A stretch of 33,001 nucleotides of DNA from NCBI GenBank assembly GCA_021432655.1, contig MU271199.1:142793-175793 (forward strand), given 5' to 3'. Of this stretch, positions 1 to 10,117 are shown one piece after another (within the stretch, counting starts at the first letter, position 1; every line of letters starts with the position of its first letter). The notes under the pieces are model-generated. The model worked only from the letters and a program-made list of their open reading frames with translations. It made no database searches and had not been told where the DNA came from. A program made the translations under genes and the position numbers. The stretch comes from Atractiella rhizophila. Taxonomy: Eukaryota.

Positions 1-1103
1 ACGTGAACAGTCCCTCTCCACACTCTAACGTCTGTCGCAACTCCTGCATCCAGTAATAGGCGACCATATTCATACTCGCCAGATGCGAGAGAGTCGAACT
101 CTGCTATATTTATGACTGTTGGAGATCGTCAGGTGCAATTGTTCTTGAGATTTTCAAGAGCTTACAGTGTTCAGGTAAGCGGGAGACGTCGCTCTTCGTC
201 ATGGAGCGAAGAGTGTTTAGTGGTGAGAGGGAGTTCTTTGTGGCTTCCCCAGAGTCCAAATGCACAGCGACATCCCTGTCGTTTTCACTGGTCCATACCT
301 AATTATTCTCAAATCAATGCGAATATTTCCTCAGTCATGCCGACGAGAAGCGTACATGATAATATTTTGCGAATTGAGGTGATTCTCCTCCAAAAGCAAC
401 AGTAGGGTCAGAAAGCATAGCTCTACTTTCTGTATTAGTTTTCGGTGCCACAATTAGTAATTAGCAGTAACATCTCTACATACCCATCCATGATAATGAG
501 CTTTGGCTGTACTGCTCCTGGCTTTCCAATAAGGCGCTGGGCCAGTCCTCCAGCCAGGAAACCGCCAAAACTGCTCCCGAGCAAACCCAGTTTATCGCTA
601 TCGATCTGCAGCTCCTCTGCTCCTCTTGCAGATGTTACATACTCCCACGCTGCATCTGCATCTTCTGGAGAAGCAGGAAGTCGATGTTCGGGTGCCAGAC
701 GGTAGTCGACGGAAATGATGGTGATTCCACGTTGTGCCATAAACGAGTAAATGCCAGCATTAACCCTTGCCTCATCTCAGTCTCCTTGCATGATAAAATG
801 TGGAGCAGCTCACTCAGGAGACTTGGACACTCCTCCTCCCGCGTGAAAGCTCACAAGCGCCTCCGTCTTCTTCTCACCGCCGCCCACTGGTCTGACGACC
901 AAGAGACGAAGTTTATGCCCATTTGTGCTCTCGATGAACACGTCCCTAACTAACGCAACATTGGCATCGATGGGTGGAGGATTGGAACCCTTCGCTCGCA
1001 TGTTCGATGACGGATGCTCTGTCAAGGGGGTGGGCCAACCGTTTGACCAGCCGCGAGAATACCATGCCCTTAACTCGGGAAGGAGACGTGTGTATTCAGA
1101 CAT
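1..1103 (-). CDS. Alpha/beta-hydrolase fold-3 (HSL-like esterase/lipase), multi-exon, 3' end runs off the window
   Basis: ATG at 1103 (MSEYTRLLPEL). Successive exons carry FHAGGG (oxyanion motif), VDYRLAPEHRLP, GSSFGG (nucleophile elbow), then AEFDSL (Asp) and WRGTVH (His) near positions 1-115. GT-AG introns separate the exons. Confidence 0.85.
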
Positions 1104-1444
1104 GGCGGGAGTAGCTGTTGGTTCGTTTTGCGGCACGGGTTTAGACTGGTTAAATAACTGTTTGTCGTACCGCTCAAACCACTCTGTACCACCCTCGAGA
1201 ACCACTTGGACCACCAACACCACTTTGGTATTCATTAGATGGTGTAGAAGAGAGAATATGGGGCACGACGCAAGATCAGAAGGAGGCGGGCCTGTTCTGC
1301 AATATCCTTCTAGAGCGACATGGTGCTAACCCAATGGAAGAAATATTGCAGGAACCAAAAGAGATACTGCTAGACTGAGAGCAGACGAACCAGCCCACCC
1401 ATGAACATGCATGAACAGCCAGATGGGTTGGAAAATGAGCAAAA

Positions 1445-1516
1445 TGGAGAACTGGGGAATCGAACCCCAGACCTTTCGTATGCGAAACGAATGTTATACC
1501 ACTAAACTAGCTCCCC
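1445..1516 (-). tRNA. tRNA-Ala(CGC), intronless
   Basis: Reverse complement reads GGGGAGCTAGTTTAGTGGTATAACATTCGTTTCGCATACGAAAGGTCTGGGGTTCGATTCCCCAGTTCTCCA. It has an acceptor stem with the G3:U70 Ala identity pair, anticodon arm TTCGT-TTCGCAT-ACGAA and T-loop GTTCGATTC. A TTTT Pol III terminator follows. Confidence 0.96.
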
Positions 1517-1882
1517 GACAGACCACGAGTTAAAAGGCATTAATACTTTATCACATTGCGAAAAAGCTTTTTTAGCCAATTATTGGGTAGATCTATATCT
1601 TCTTGCTAGATCTATCAACCTTTTCCAATGTGAAGTAAATGAGATATCTCGTCATATATTTCGCCAACTAGTAACAGGTCTCCAAGTCTTGCCGTTATTC
1701 TGGGACTAATCCACCATTGAATGTGGGCGGGAAAACGCTTCCGCTTTCACCTGGACATCTCCAAATTCACGAAGTCCAAACAGCAACTCCTTGCCCTGCA
1801 TCTCCTCCAAACGTCCTCTTCCGTTTACCCATATCCTCCTCCAGCATAGGTTTAGAGTACTTACAATAGACCTCTTGCCAAA

Positions 1883-4800
1883 ATGCCAGCGAATGACCGT
1901 CGACCGGCAACTTTGAAGCGCAAGACGAGCCTGCGGTCTGGTGCTGGGAAGGAAAGGGAAAGGGAAAAGCGACCTATGTCTCCTTTATCAGACGCTAAGA
2001 GTATAGAAACTGGTAGGCCTTCGCATGATAATTTGAAGAGGTGCTAGCGTCGTTCAATTTACTTCATAATGCAGTGAGAGAGAGGAACCACATTCACTCC
2101 TCCAAGCGAAGGATCCTGATCAAGCTGAGGACGCTGCTACCCCTCAAGATCCCTCACTCGCATTCTCATTCTCATTCGCAACACGACCACCAGCATGGCA
2201 GACAGAAGAATCGCCATACCCCTCATTTGTCACTCCCTCACTTCCCTCCCAAAGACTTATTTACCCCTACGAGCGTTAGACTTCCAAGTGTACAAGAGGA
2301 GAAAGAGAAGGAACCTCCTGTGCGGCCTAATATCAAGATTCGTGTGGTAACTTGGAGTACGTTTCCGTCTGATCATAAGATGAAATACAACGGTTGATCA
2401 AAAGCCACAAAGATATGCATGACTCTCTCCCAACCGGAGACCTTTCAGACCTTCTTGGAGAAATCCCTGAACAATTCCACGAGCCTTTCCAGCAAGTTCC
2501 CACCCCTACCTCTCAACGAGCTGCCTCTTCTGGCTCCACATCCGATTCTGTACCTCCGACTCCTCATTCACATGCCTCGACCTCCTCCTCGAGAGGGAAC
2601 CGCACAAACAATTCCGCGCCTTCACCACCGGAGAAGGAAAACGGTATCCCCCTCTTTCCGTACGATTCGAACCACCCATACCATATCGTCGTTATAGGAG
2701 GACAGGAGTGTCCATCTATGCCTTATCACGATCTAAGAGGTCGGAAGGGGTGGACGGACATTCTAGAGGACTGGTTGTCTTCTGGCCCTACCAAACCCCC
2801 CGAACGAAACCACTCCCAACCCTTCGTCGCTTCTCCCGTCTCTCAGCACTCCCGCCTCTCGTCCAGTGGCGGCGGAGAGGCAGCTCCAAGGTCTAGTTTC
2901 CAAGAAATTCGACCGGTGGTTCGGGAGGCAGCGGCGTCTATCAGGAGCTCGTTGAGCGTCAGGAGCATCTTGCAGAAGCGGAAGGAGAGGGAAAGCGAGC
3001 ATAGGGAGGATGAGGAAGATCGGGAGAGTTTGAGGAGCTTCAGTAGCGATAGGGATCCGGACGGCGACAGCGAGAGCAGTAGCAGCGAGAGTGAGAGTGA
3101 GGAGGATAGTGTGAGGAGGAGGAGGAGGAAGACACCCTATGTTTTGGTTGCCAAGGAGAGACTTATGGGCATATATCTTGCCGTATTCGTTTTTCACGAA
3201 TGCCGACATCTCGTGCAGAAGATTTCGAAGAGTAAAGTTACCTCTGGGTTGTTGGGAGGGAGGGTTGGGAATAAGGGATCTGTTGGCATTAGCGTCAACT
3301 TTGCAGATTCGCGCCTCCTTTTCATGTCGACCCACCTCGCAGGTCAATCTCATTCTAGCAAGTTGGATTGGTTGTATTAATGGGTTGCTTGGGGGACAGC
3401 ACACCAAGGCGGGGTGGCTATAAGGAAGGCAAATGTGGAGAAGATCAAGCACGAGCTCACTAACAACGACTTTCAACCTGGAGAATCAACTAGTAAAGAT
3501 ATAACGGACCGCTTTGACCAGGTCTTCTTCTTTGGTGATCGTGCGTCTTCTCTACGGTAACCCTGCTGTCCTGCTTTCTCACTGCCTTCTCCGGCGGTAG
3601 TCAATTTTCGACTCAATATTTCAAGGTTACATGCGGATTGGCTTCTCAAGGCGAAAGACTACGATAATGCGCTCAAGTTCGATCAGCTTAAGGAGATACT
3701 CAATCAGCAAGAATCCTGCTTGAAAGGCTTCAATGAGGCTCCCATCAAATTTCCTCCTACCTACAAGTGCTTCTTCCATATACATTTCAGAGACTGCAGC
3801 TAAGAGCAGTGCAGGTACGACCTCCTCAAGCTCACACGACGAAAAAGTTACACCAAGGCTGGTAAGAAGGTGAAGCGAGGAATGGACGACGGGGACAACG
3901 ATGATGCCCTTTCCTTCCTTTCTTCCCGCACATCAATGGAAGATCCCGACCGTCCAGAACTCCCCAGTCCCCTTCCGTCTTCGCAACAAGTTCCCAAATT
4001 ACCTCCAGTTACAGAAACGGACCAATCCCTCGCCCCCGTCCTCCAGAAAGCCAAACTCAAATTCTTGACGCTCGTGCGATCCCGTAGTGCTCTCCAACTT
4101 GCCTCTCGGGCGAGAGAGCAAACCAACGAGACGAACGAAATAGAGATCATTGTGCCCGACAAAGGGACTCTGTCTATTGACCCTGAAGCCGAAGGCCGCC
4201 TCAGATTACCGAGTATAAGAATGGCGAAGAGCGATATTGCCCTTCCTTTGACTGAGAATACGCCTAAACTGAAAATGGTTGCCGATGCCGTGTTCGATAG
4301 CAGTAGCAAGCAGAGAGTGCAGAGCTGGACAGGTTTGTATCTCGGCCTCTCTATTAGACAAGGATATTGAAGGTGGACTAGATCGTATCTTATTCAAGAC
4401 CAATGTTCGAAGCAAGGAAAAGTCTGAAGAAGTCGAACATGGCGCGACGACTGTAGCCTTTACGCTCTCACCATTTCCTACGCCATCTTCAATTGCGACA
4501 TCTCTTGCACCAACTGGCTCTCCTTCACTAACGGTCTCCACTCCACTTTCAACTTCTACCGTTCTTTCTCCGTCAACACCTCGCCCTCCAGTTTTCTCGA
4601 CCACGCTAGAAACCGTCTCATTAGAACAGTCCTCTGGCGTGAAGACACCTTTGACCGCACGTCCGACAGCGCCGTCCGATCTTCTTGGATATCCTACAGA
4701 AAGCGCGGTTACACCGTTGACCGCACGACCTATACCGCCTCCAATCCAGCTTGGGTACGGTGCTCCTCACGAAACACCCAAGAGATCCCCTCATACTCCA

Positions 4801-5499
4801 AGGAAACCAAATCGCTCATACACATTACCAGTGCCTGCTCAACCTCCAGCTGATCCTCCAGGTCAACCCCCGCCTTTGAACGTACGGCCGTCCAAAACTG
4901 GTCTCTGGGCCAGGTTTAAGCTGCATTCGCAGCCACCCGCACCAATGCAGGACGCCCATGCCCCCGCAACGGAACCCAAGATTCTAGAAAGGACCGAGCA
5001 AAGTACCACAATGGGCACTCGTCATAAACGTGGCCGTTCGCACACTATCACGGGCACTGTTACCCCTACGACCGCTTCCCAGAATCTTACTGAACTTGAG
5101 CCTCAGCCTGTCCAAATCACGGACTCACCTCCTTCCCTTCTCCCGCGCACCTCCAGCAGGAACCCAGGGCGAAAGAACACGCGCATCGTCTCTCTCGACT
5201 CTGGACCAACCTCTCCATCCATCCGCTCCGAGGCACAAGCAGCCACACTTCCAAATCCAAGTATCGCTCGTCCAGGCGGCTTCTCTCTTGGAAATCTTAG
5301 AGCCTTCTTCATGCGAAGGCAACACTCGATCAATCCTGTCATGGAGCCTGGGCCAGAAGAGCTGAAGGAACCTGAACCACTTGGCCCAAAGAGGGGAGAG
5401 ATAGAGTGTCTACTTTACGACAGCGTTGCAGACTTGAGGAAGATGGAAGCGTACTCAGATCATCGCCCAGTCATCGGTGTGTATCTTGTTGGTATTTGA
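1883..5499 (+). CDS. Inositol polyphosphate 5-phosphatase family protein with long low-complexity insertions
   Basis: Splicing reconstitutes IPPc motifs: IRVVTWN, VIGGQEC, GNKGSVGIS, HLAAH, FFFGDLNFR, FPPTYKYD, QSWTDRILFK, YSDHRPV. Introns include 2013-2074, 2358-2412 and 3767-3814. The start at ATG 1883 is inferred from an in-frame first exon. Confidence 0.88.
4645..4765 (+). repeat. Imperfect in-frame tandem duplication (66-nt period) in the 5-phosphatase
   Basis: ACACCTTTGACCGCACG at 4645 and ACACCGTTGACCGCACG at 4711. The peptides are TPLTARPTAPSDLLGY and TPLTARPIPPPIQLGY. Confidence 0.75.
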
Positions 5500-6420
5500 T
5501 GAACATTTCTTAGTTTTTCCCATCGACCAGCAAAGGGCACCAGTAAAGGGCACACCGTTACTTTTTAATATATGTCCTTCATTGATGTTGTTTTGCCAAT
5601 CATTGTTGCCAGTGAAATATCTCAGTGTTCACGCAGTTAGTGCCTTATCTTATTGCTTATTTGAACTCTGCATTCTTCCCCTTTTACCGGATCTTACCAG
5701 CAAGCCCAATGCCTAATATTAATGCCGAAAAATCGACATAAAGCCTTGATAAAGTTGATCATCCCCGTTCCCAACAATCAATCACATAACTTTAATTAGT
5801 GATTGCTTGCATGAAACAACGGGGGACCTTCCTGCTTTGAGCTGTGTCTAAGCCTCGCCTTCAAATGGCTCAGCTTCAGAATTTTCTTCTCGACAAGACC
5901 AGCCACCTGAGAGGAGAACTGAGAAAGTGAGCCGCTAAGTTAGGAGTCTGGGCTGGGAGCATACGTTGTCATTGTCCAGAAAATGAAATATCACCATTGA
6001 TAGTTTCCTCCAAAAAGAATCGACTAGTACCACAAGCAGAACTTGAAGAGGATATAGATTCGCGCGTCATTCTAGAAACACAATATTTCCAGTGGTTTCT
6101 TCGAGAAGGTTGAAGATAGATTGTTCTAATGCTCTTTCGCGGTTTCATGTACACTTTTGAGATACAGTAAAAACTTTTTCAGCACTGATCCGTTTAATAT
6201 GCTATTCAGTATTTCTTGAGCTCTTTAGTTCTTCACTATGCGTAAGTTTCAAATTGAAGGAGAAAGGGAGAGTATCGAACAGACGGGAGAGATGAGAAGA
6301 ACGTGCGACAGTGTGAATCATCGAAGTGTCACGAAGGTTCAAAGCACCAGTTCCAACACGACTCTTCAACCTAGTGACAGCACTGGCTGGCGAGACATTT
6401 GGTTCAACAACCTGAAATCT

Positions 6421-7995
6421 TCATTTCCCCTCCAACCAGGCTTTAATCTCTCTCACCACCGCCTGCAAGACTGGTCTCTCTGTCCCGTTCTCACCTTGAC
6501 CCTCACTCATTGGAATCCACACCATACCCTCCGCCTCTTTGAACACGCCATGATCCCTAAATTCTGCCACCAAAGTCTGAAATTGTTTCTCGCTCAAACT
6601 CAGGAAGAGTTCTTCTGCCATTGCCAAAAGTTCCGCTGCAGGTAGCGAATAAGGAGGAATGGGAGATTTGCTCGGTTTCTTTGACGGAGAGACAGAGAGT
6701 TGGGATTCAGCGAGGAGGAGGAATATATGCTGTGATCTTGCGGTCACGGAGCGGAGGATAGAAAGCAGCGACGATTTCGATTGACTCCCTTCGACTCGTG
6801 CAGATACTTCTTCCCCTTCTTCCTCCTCATCCGAATCTCCTTCCCTTCCGTCTTCTTCGATGCGGATTGTACCCCGAGACTTAAGACCTTTCTTCTTGCT
6901 GAACAAACGTGAAGTGGGAAAGTCGTCGATAGCGAGAATATGACCTGAGGGGAACAGAGAGGCGAGGAGACCAGAATGAAAGGCTTCCAGTGAGAATGGG
7001 GAAAATGTAGGGATATGATGATGGACGAAATTGAAAGATCGACCGTATGAAGCTGAAGAGGAGTTCAAAGATTCGTCGTGCTCGTCTTGCTCGTCTTGCT
7101 CCTCTCCCAACAACGTCTCATCCGTGACGGCGGAGTCTGGCGAAAAAATGCTGTAATGAGGAGCATAAGAGCCGAAACGATGCCGCGTATCAAAGAGGTA
7201 GGCCCATTTGCCTTGAGCGTTGTCCACGCTGATGATGAGGCGGAACCCTTTACAATTTGCCAGACGGAGAAGAGTTTCCAAGCCAAAAGGAGAGGTGAGG
7301 TTTTGAGACAGCGTCAAGGAGTGAAAGAAGAGATAAATCGGAGTCCCGTAGGCGTTCTCGGAACTGAAGTAGTCGATCAAGGCATGCAGCCGACGTGTCA
7401 ACACGGCTACGGACTGGTTCGGATTTGGGAGTGTGAAGAGAGGTGGAATGTCAAGTTGCTCTGGCTGCCCGTCTTGCGCCGTTGCTTTTCCCTTTCCCTT
7501 CACCTTCTTGTCTCCCTCCCATCGCTGTCGCACCATTTCAAGTCCCCTTAAAATCTCCTCCACCCCCAAATCCACATCATTTCGGAATGCCTCAAAGACT
7601 AAAACCTCCCCTCTTTCTCTCAGTACCCCAGCAAAGTCATTCACCGTCTCCCTCTTGCTCCCAACGCCATAGAATAATAGGTTAAACCCGCTATCTAGTT
7701 CAACAGTCCACTGATGATATGATCTCTTGTACGATGACGCGTGTTCCGCTGGTGCTTGAGGAAGGGATGCGAAAAAAGTGGATTTCGTAAACGGTTTGCT
7801 GACGAGGTCGGAAAACTGGGAATCTGAGATTTTGGCTTTCCGGAATGTGAGGGATTGGTGTGTCAGGTACCGATCCGCCGCTGTAGCTTGCACGAAATGA
7901 CGAGAGCTAGAACCAAGTTCTTCCTCGCCATCTGACGGTTGAGGAGCGCGTTCGACGCGAATCTCGGATGCCTTTCTTTTGCGTGGACGCGCCAT
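6421..7995 (-). CDS. ORC2: Origin recognition complex subunit 2
   Basis: 524-aa single-exon ORF containing QWTVELDSGFNLLFYGVGSKR (ORC2 signature), LIISVDN and HHIPTFSPF, plus a C-terminal winged-helix-like FQTLVAEFRDHG segment. Confidence 0.9.
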   Translation of the reverse strand: MARPRKRKASEIRVERAPQPSDGEEELGSSSRHFVQATAADRYLTHQSLTFRKAKISDSQFSDLVSKPFTKSTFFASLPQAPAEHASSYKRSYHQWTVELDSGFNLLFYGVGSKRETVNDFAGVLRERGEVLVFEAFRNDVDLGVEEILRGLEMVRQRWEGDKKVKGKGKATAQDGQPEQLDIPPLFTLPNPNQSVAVLTRRLHALIDYFSSENAYGTPIYLFFHSLTLSQNLTSPFGLETLLRLANCKGFRLIISVDNAQGKWAYLFDTRHRFGSYAPHYSIFSPDSAVTDETLLGEEQDEQDEHDESLNSSSASYGRSFNFVHHHIPTFSPFSLEAFHSGLLASLFPSGHILAIDDFPTSRLFSKKKGLKSRGTIRIEEDGREGDSDEEEEGEEVSARVEGSQSKSSLLSILRSVTARSQHIFLLLAESQLSVSPSKKPSKSPIPPYSLPAAELLAMAEELFLSLSEKQFQTLVAEFRDHGVFKEAEGMVWIPMSEGQGENGTERPVLQAVVREIKAWLEGK

Positions 7996-8137
7996 CTAGC
8001 TGTAGCTTACTAAAATGGTGAGAATGCAGTAATGAAGTTCACACAAACTCACAATCTCTTCAATGGCAGTCAGAGGGAGGGTGAAGCATTATTGACACGT
8101 GCGCCATTTTGACACTGACACTTGACTGACAGAAACG

Positions 8138-9057
8138 ATGAAACCGAAACGAGCTCTTGCGTCCATTTTCTTCTTTGCGGGCATTGCAAGTGTCAAATCA
8201 GTTAGTGTTTGCTTGATTTCAGTATATACAAGCTAATGCGGCATTGAAGGACATTGCTTTCGAAGTTTCGTTGTACCACCGTATCCTTCCTCGTTCAGCT
8301 CTCTCCGAGTCTTCCACCACTTGGATAAAGCGCGCAGAAATTAGCGCTATCGACAAGGATGGATCTCAAGGTGTTTACACTGCTGTCGATGATACGTTAG
8401 ACGTTCCGCAAGCTGGTGACGAAGGTGAGTACTTCCTTGGGCTTGCTCACACTTTGGCAAAGACAAATGGGATTGTGTTTTCTGAGCAGAACTCGTTTAT
8501 CAACTTACAACTGGTGGGGACGAGAATGTCCTCACTTTGCCTCTGTGTACCGTCATCCCTTCTCCAGGGACAATACTGGAGGATACGGTCCAAATTTTTC
8601 GCTCCCTTCCTACCATGGACGCCATCTTGCAGGGACCCTTCAAATTAGGGTGAGTGATTGATTTTCATTCCCTCTCGTGACATAGCTCCAACAGTGATAC
8701 TAGATACCACACGAACGCCTACCCAAACTGCCTTGCCCAAGCATTGAACAGTACCGCTCCACTTTTTATCCCACCCCAGCTTCGCTTCACAAGCACGAAA
8801 GTCTACGTTGCCGGTGGAAGAAAGGCACCTGAGCCAACCTTGAAACAGCCTCCAAAAGTCGTGGTAGACAATACCGGGAAGGTGAAGAAGGAAGAGCCAG
8901 AAAAAAGCTTCATAGCTAAATATTGGATGGTTCGTGCTACTGTTTTGGTTGGAGTTCGCAAGCTCATTTACACATGTCACGGGAACAGTACATCCTCCCT
9001 ATCGTCGTCCTGTTTCTACTTCAAGGTCCTGCACCGGAGGGAGGATCAGGTCGATAG
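8138..9057 (+). CDS. EMC10: ER membrane protein complex subunit 10-like, multi-exon
   Basis: Signal peptide MKPKRALASIFFFAGIASVKS. The spliced C-terminus is [35 protein letters not shown], matching the EMC10 'SF..KYWMYI' transmembrane motif. Confidence 0.8.
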
Positions 9058-9211
9058 GTTTTCAGGCGATTGGAATGACAAAACCTACTCATTTGCACCA
9101 ATACCTTGTGTCACTGCCCACGTGAGGGCAACTCGCGCTTCAGGATGAATAGATGCGTTACAGGAACAAACATATAGGTATACTTTATACACATGGTCAT
9201 ATCCACAAAGA

Positions 9212-9897
9212 CTACTCTTCGACAGAGATGGTAGAGTCGATCAAGATAAGCTTTCCGTTCGAAGCCTATCCGATCTTGAGCCAATACAAAAACGTCAGAA
9301 TGAAAAGCTCACCGTCCTAGTATCAACTGCCTTAGCTCCTTGGACAATCCAGTGCTCGCCGTCCTTCCGAACCTCAATATTTCTCCCCTGCAAAGTCTCA
9401 TACTCCCTCTTCTCCTCAATGTCTTCTACCTGTCCCGGAATGACGTGAACTTTCACCCATTCTTCCAAGTACTTCTTGTTTTCTTCCTCCTTCTGAATCT
9501 GCGGCATATCTTCTGTTCCTGAACGAGATGGAGGTCCCTGATGCGGTTTGCGTGGAAGAGCGATGATGGCATGATTGATAGGGACGATAACAGTGGATAG
9601 CAGAGTGGAGTCCGAAATGCGGGATACCTTCTCCGCTCATCAGAAGTCTGTGAGCACGTAAAATAGAAACAAGCATACTACATCCTTGAACTCCCTCAGA
9701 TAGTCGTAGAATATGTTTCCCCTCCTCTCAATCGTGAGTATATCCTGGAGGTTTGGTCCCTTCGAGGCAACAAAAGGATCACTCTCTACTGACATCTCGA
9801 TATTTTGGGACGAGAAAACAAGCTGATCTGCTTCAACTGGCTCTGCTTTTGAAAATGCTGAAAGCACACAAGCTGCAAAAAGTAAGAGTGACTTCAT
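9212..9897 (-). CDS. Secreted FAS1 (fasciclin)-domain protein, 3 exons
   Basis: Signal peptide MKSLLLFAACVLSAFS, then LQDILTIERRGNIFYDYLRE, TVIVPINHAIIALPRKPHQGP, WVKVHVIP and terminal ASNGKLILIDSTI (FAS1 H1/H2-like motifs). Confidence 0.8.
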
Positions 9898-9988
9898 GGT
9901 TGCCTCCTTTCGCGAAGATTGGTTGGCCAGATTTGGAGTCCTGTCACGGTGGAGTTTCGGGGGACCAAGTCAGCTGCTGCGAAGAAGC

Positions 9989-10000
9989 TGCCACGTCGAC
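9989..10000 (+). promoter_or_regulatory. UPRE-like element TGCCACGTCG in the FAS1/HAC1 divergent promoter
   Basis: TGCCACGTCGAC lies about 120 nt upstream of the bZIP ATG. It contains the CCACGT core bound by Hac1/Xbp1-class bZIP factors. Confidence 0.5.
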
Positions 10001-10117
10001 AAAAAACGACGACCGCCCTAATCAGTACTTATCAATAAAAAGGACTTTTGAAACGACTTTTCCCTCTTTTCTTCAACGAATTTTCATTCCAGACCAACAT
10101 ATTTCATCCCAACAACC

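Noticed and set aside
1104..1235. N-terminal extension of the hydrolase ORF
   Set aside because: The region contains TTTAA/AT-rich promoter-like sequence, and CCGCCATG at 1103 is the better start context.
2763..3476. Long antisense ORFs here and at 3848-4309, 10172-10663, 10981-11400, 26930-27550 and 28301-28909
   Set aside because: These are shadow ORFs opposite low-complexity coding exons, with no motifs.
5500..6420. Possible ncRNA or transposon remnant in the 0.9-kb gap between convergent genes
   Set aside because: No terminal repeats, snoRNA box pair, snRNA signature or convincing ORF was seen.
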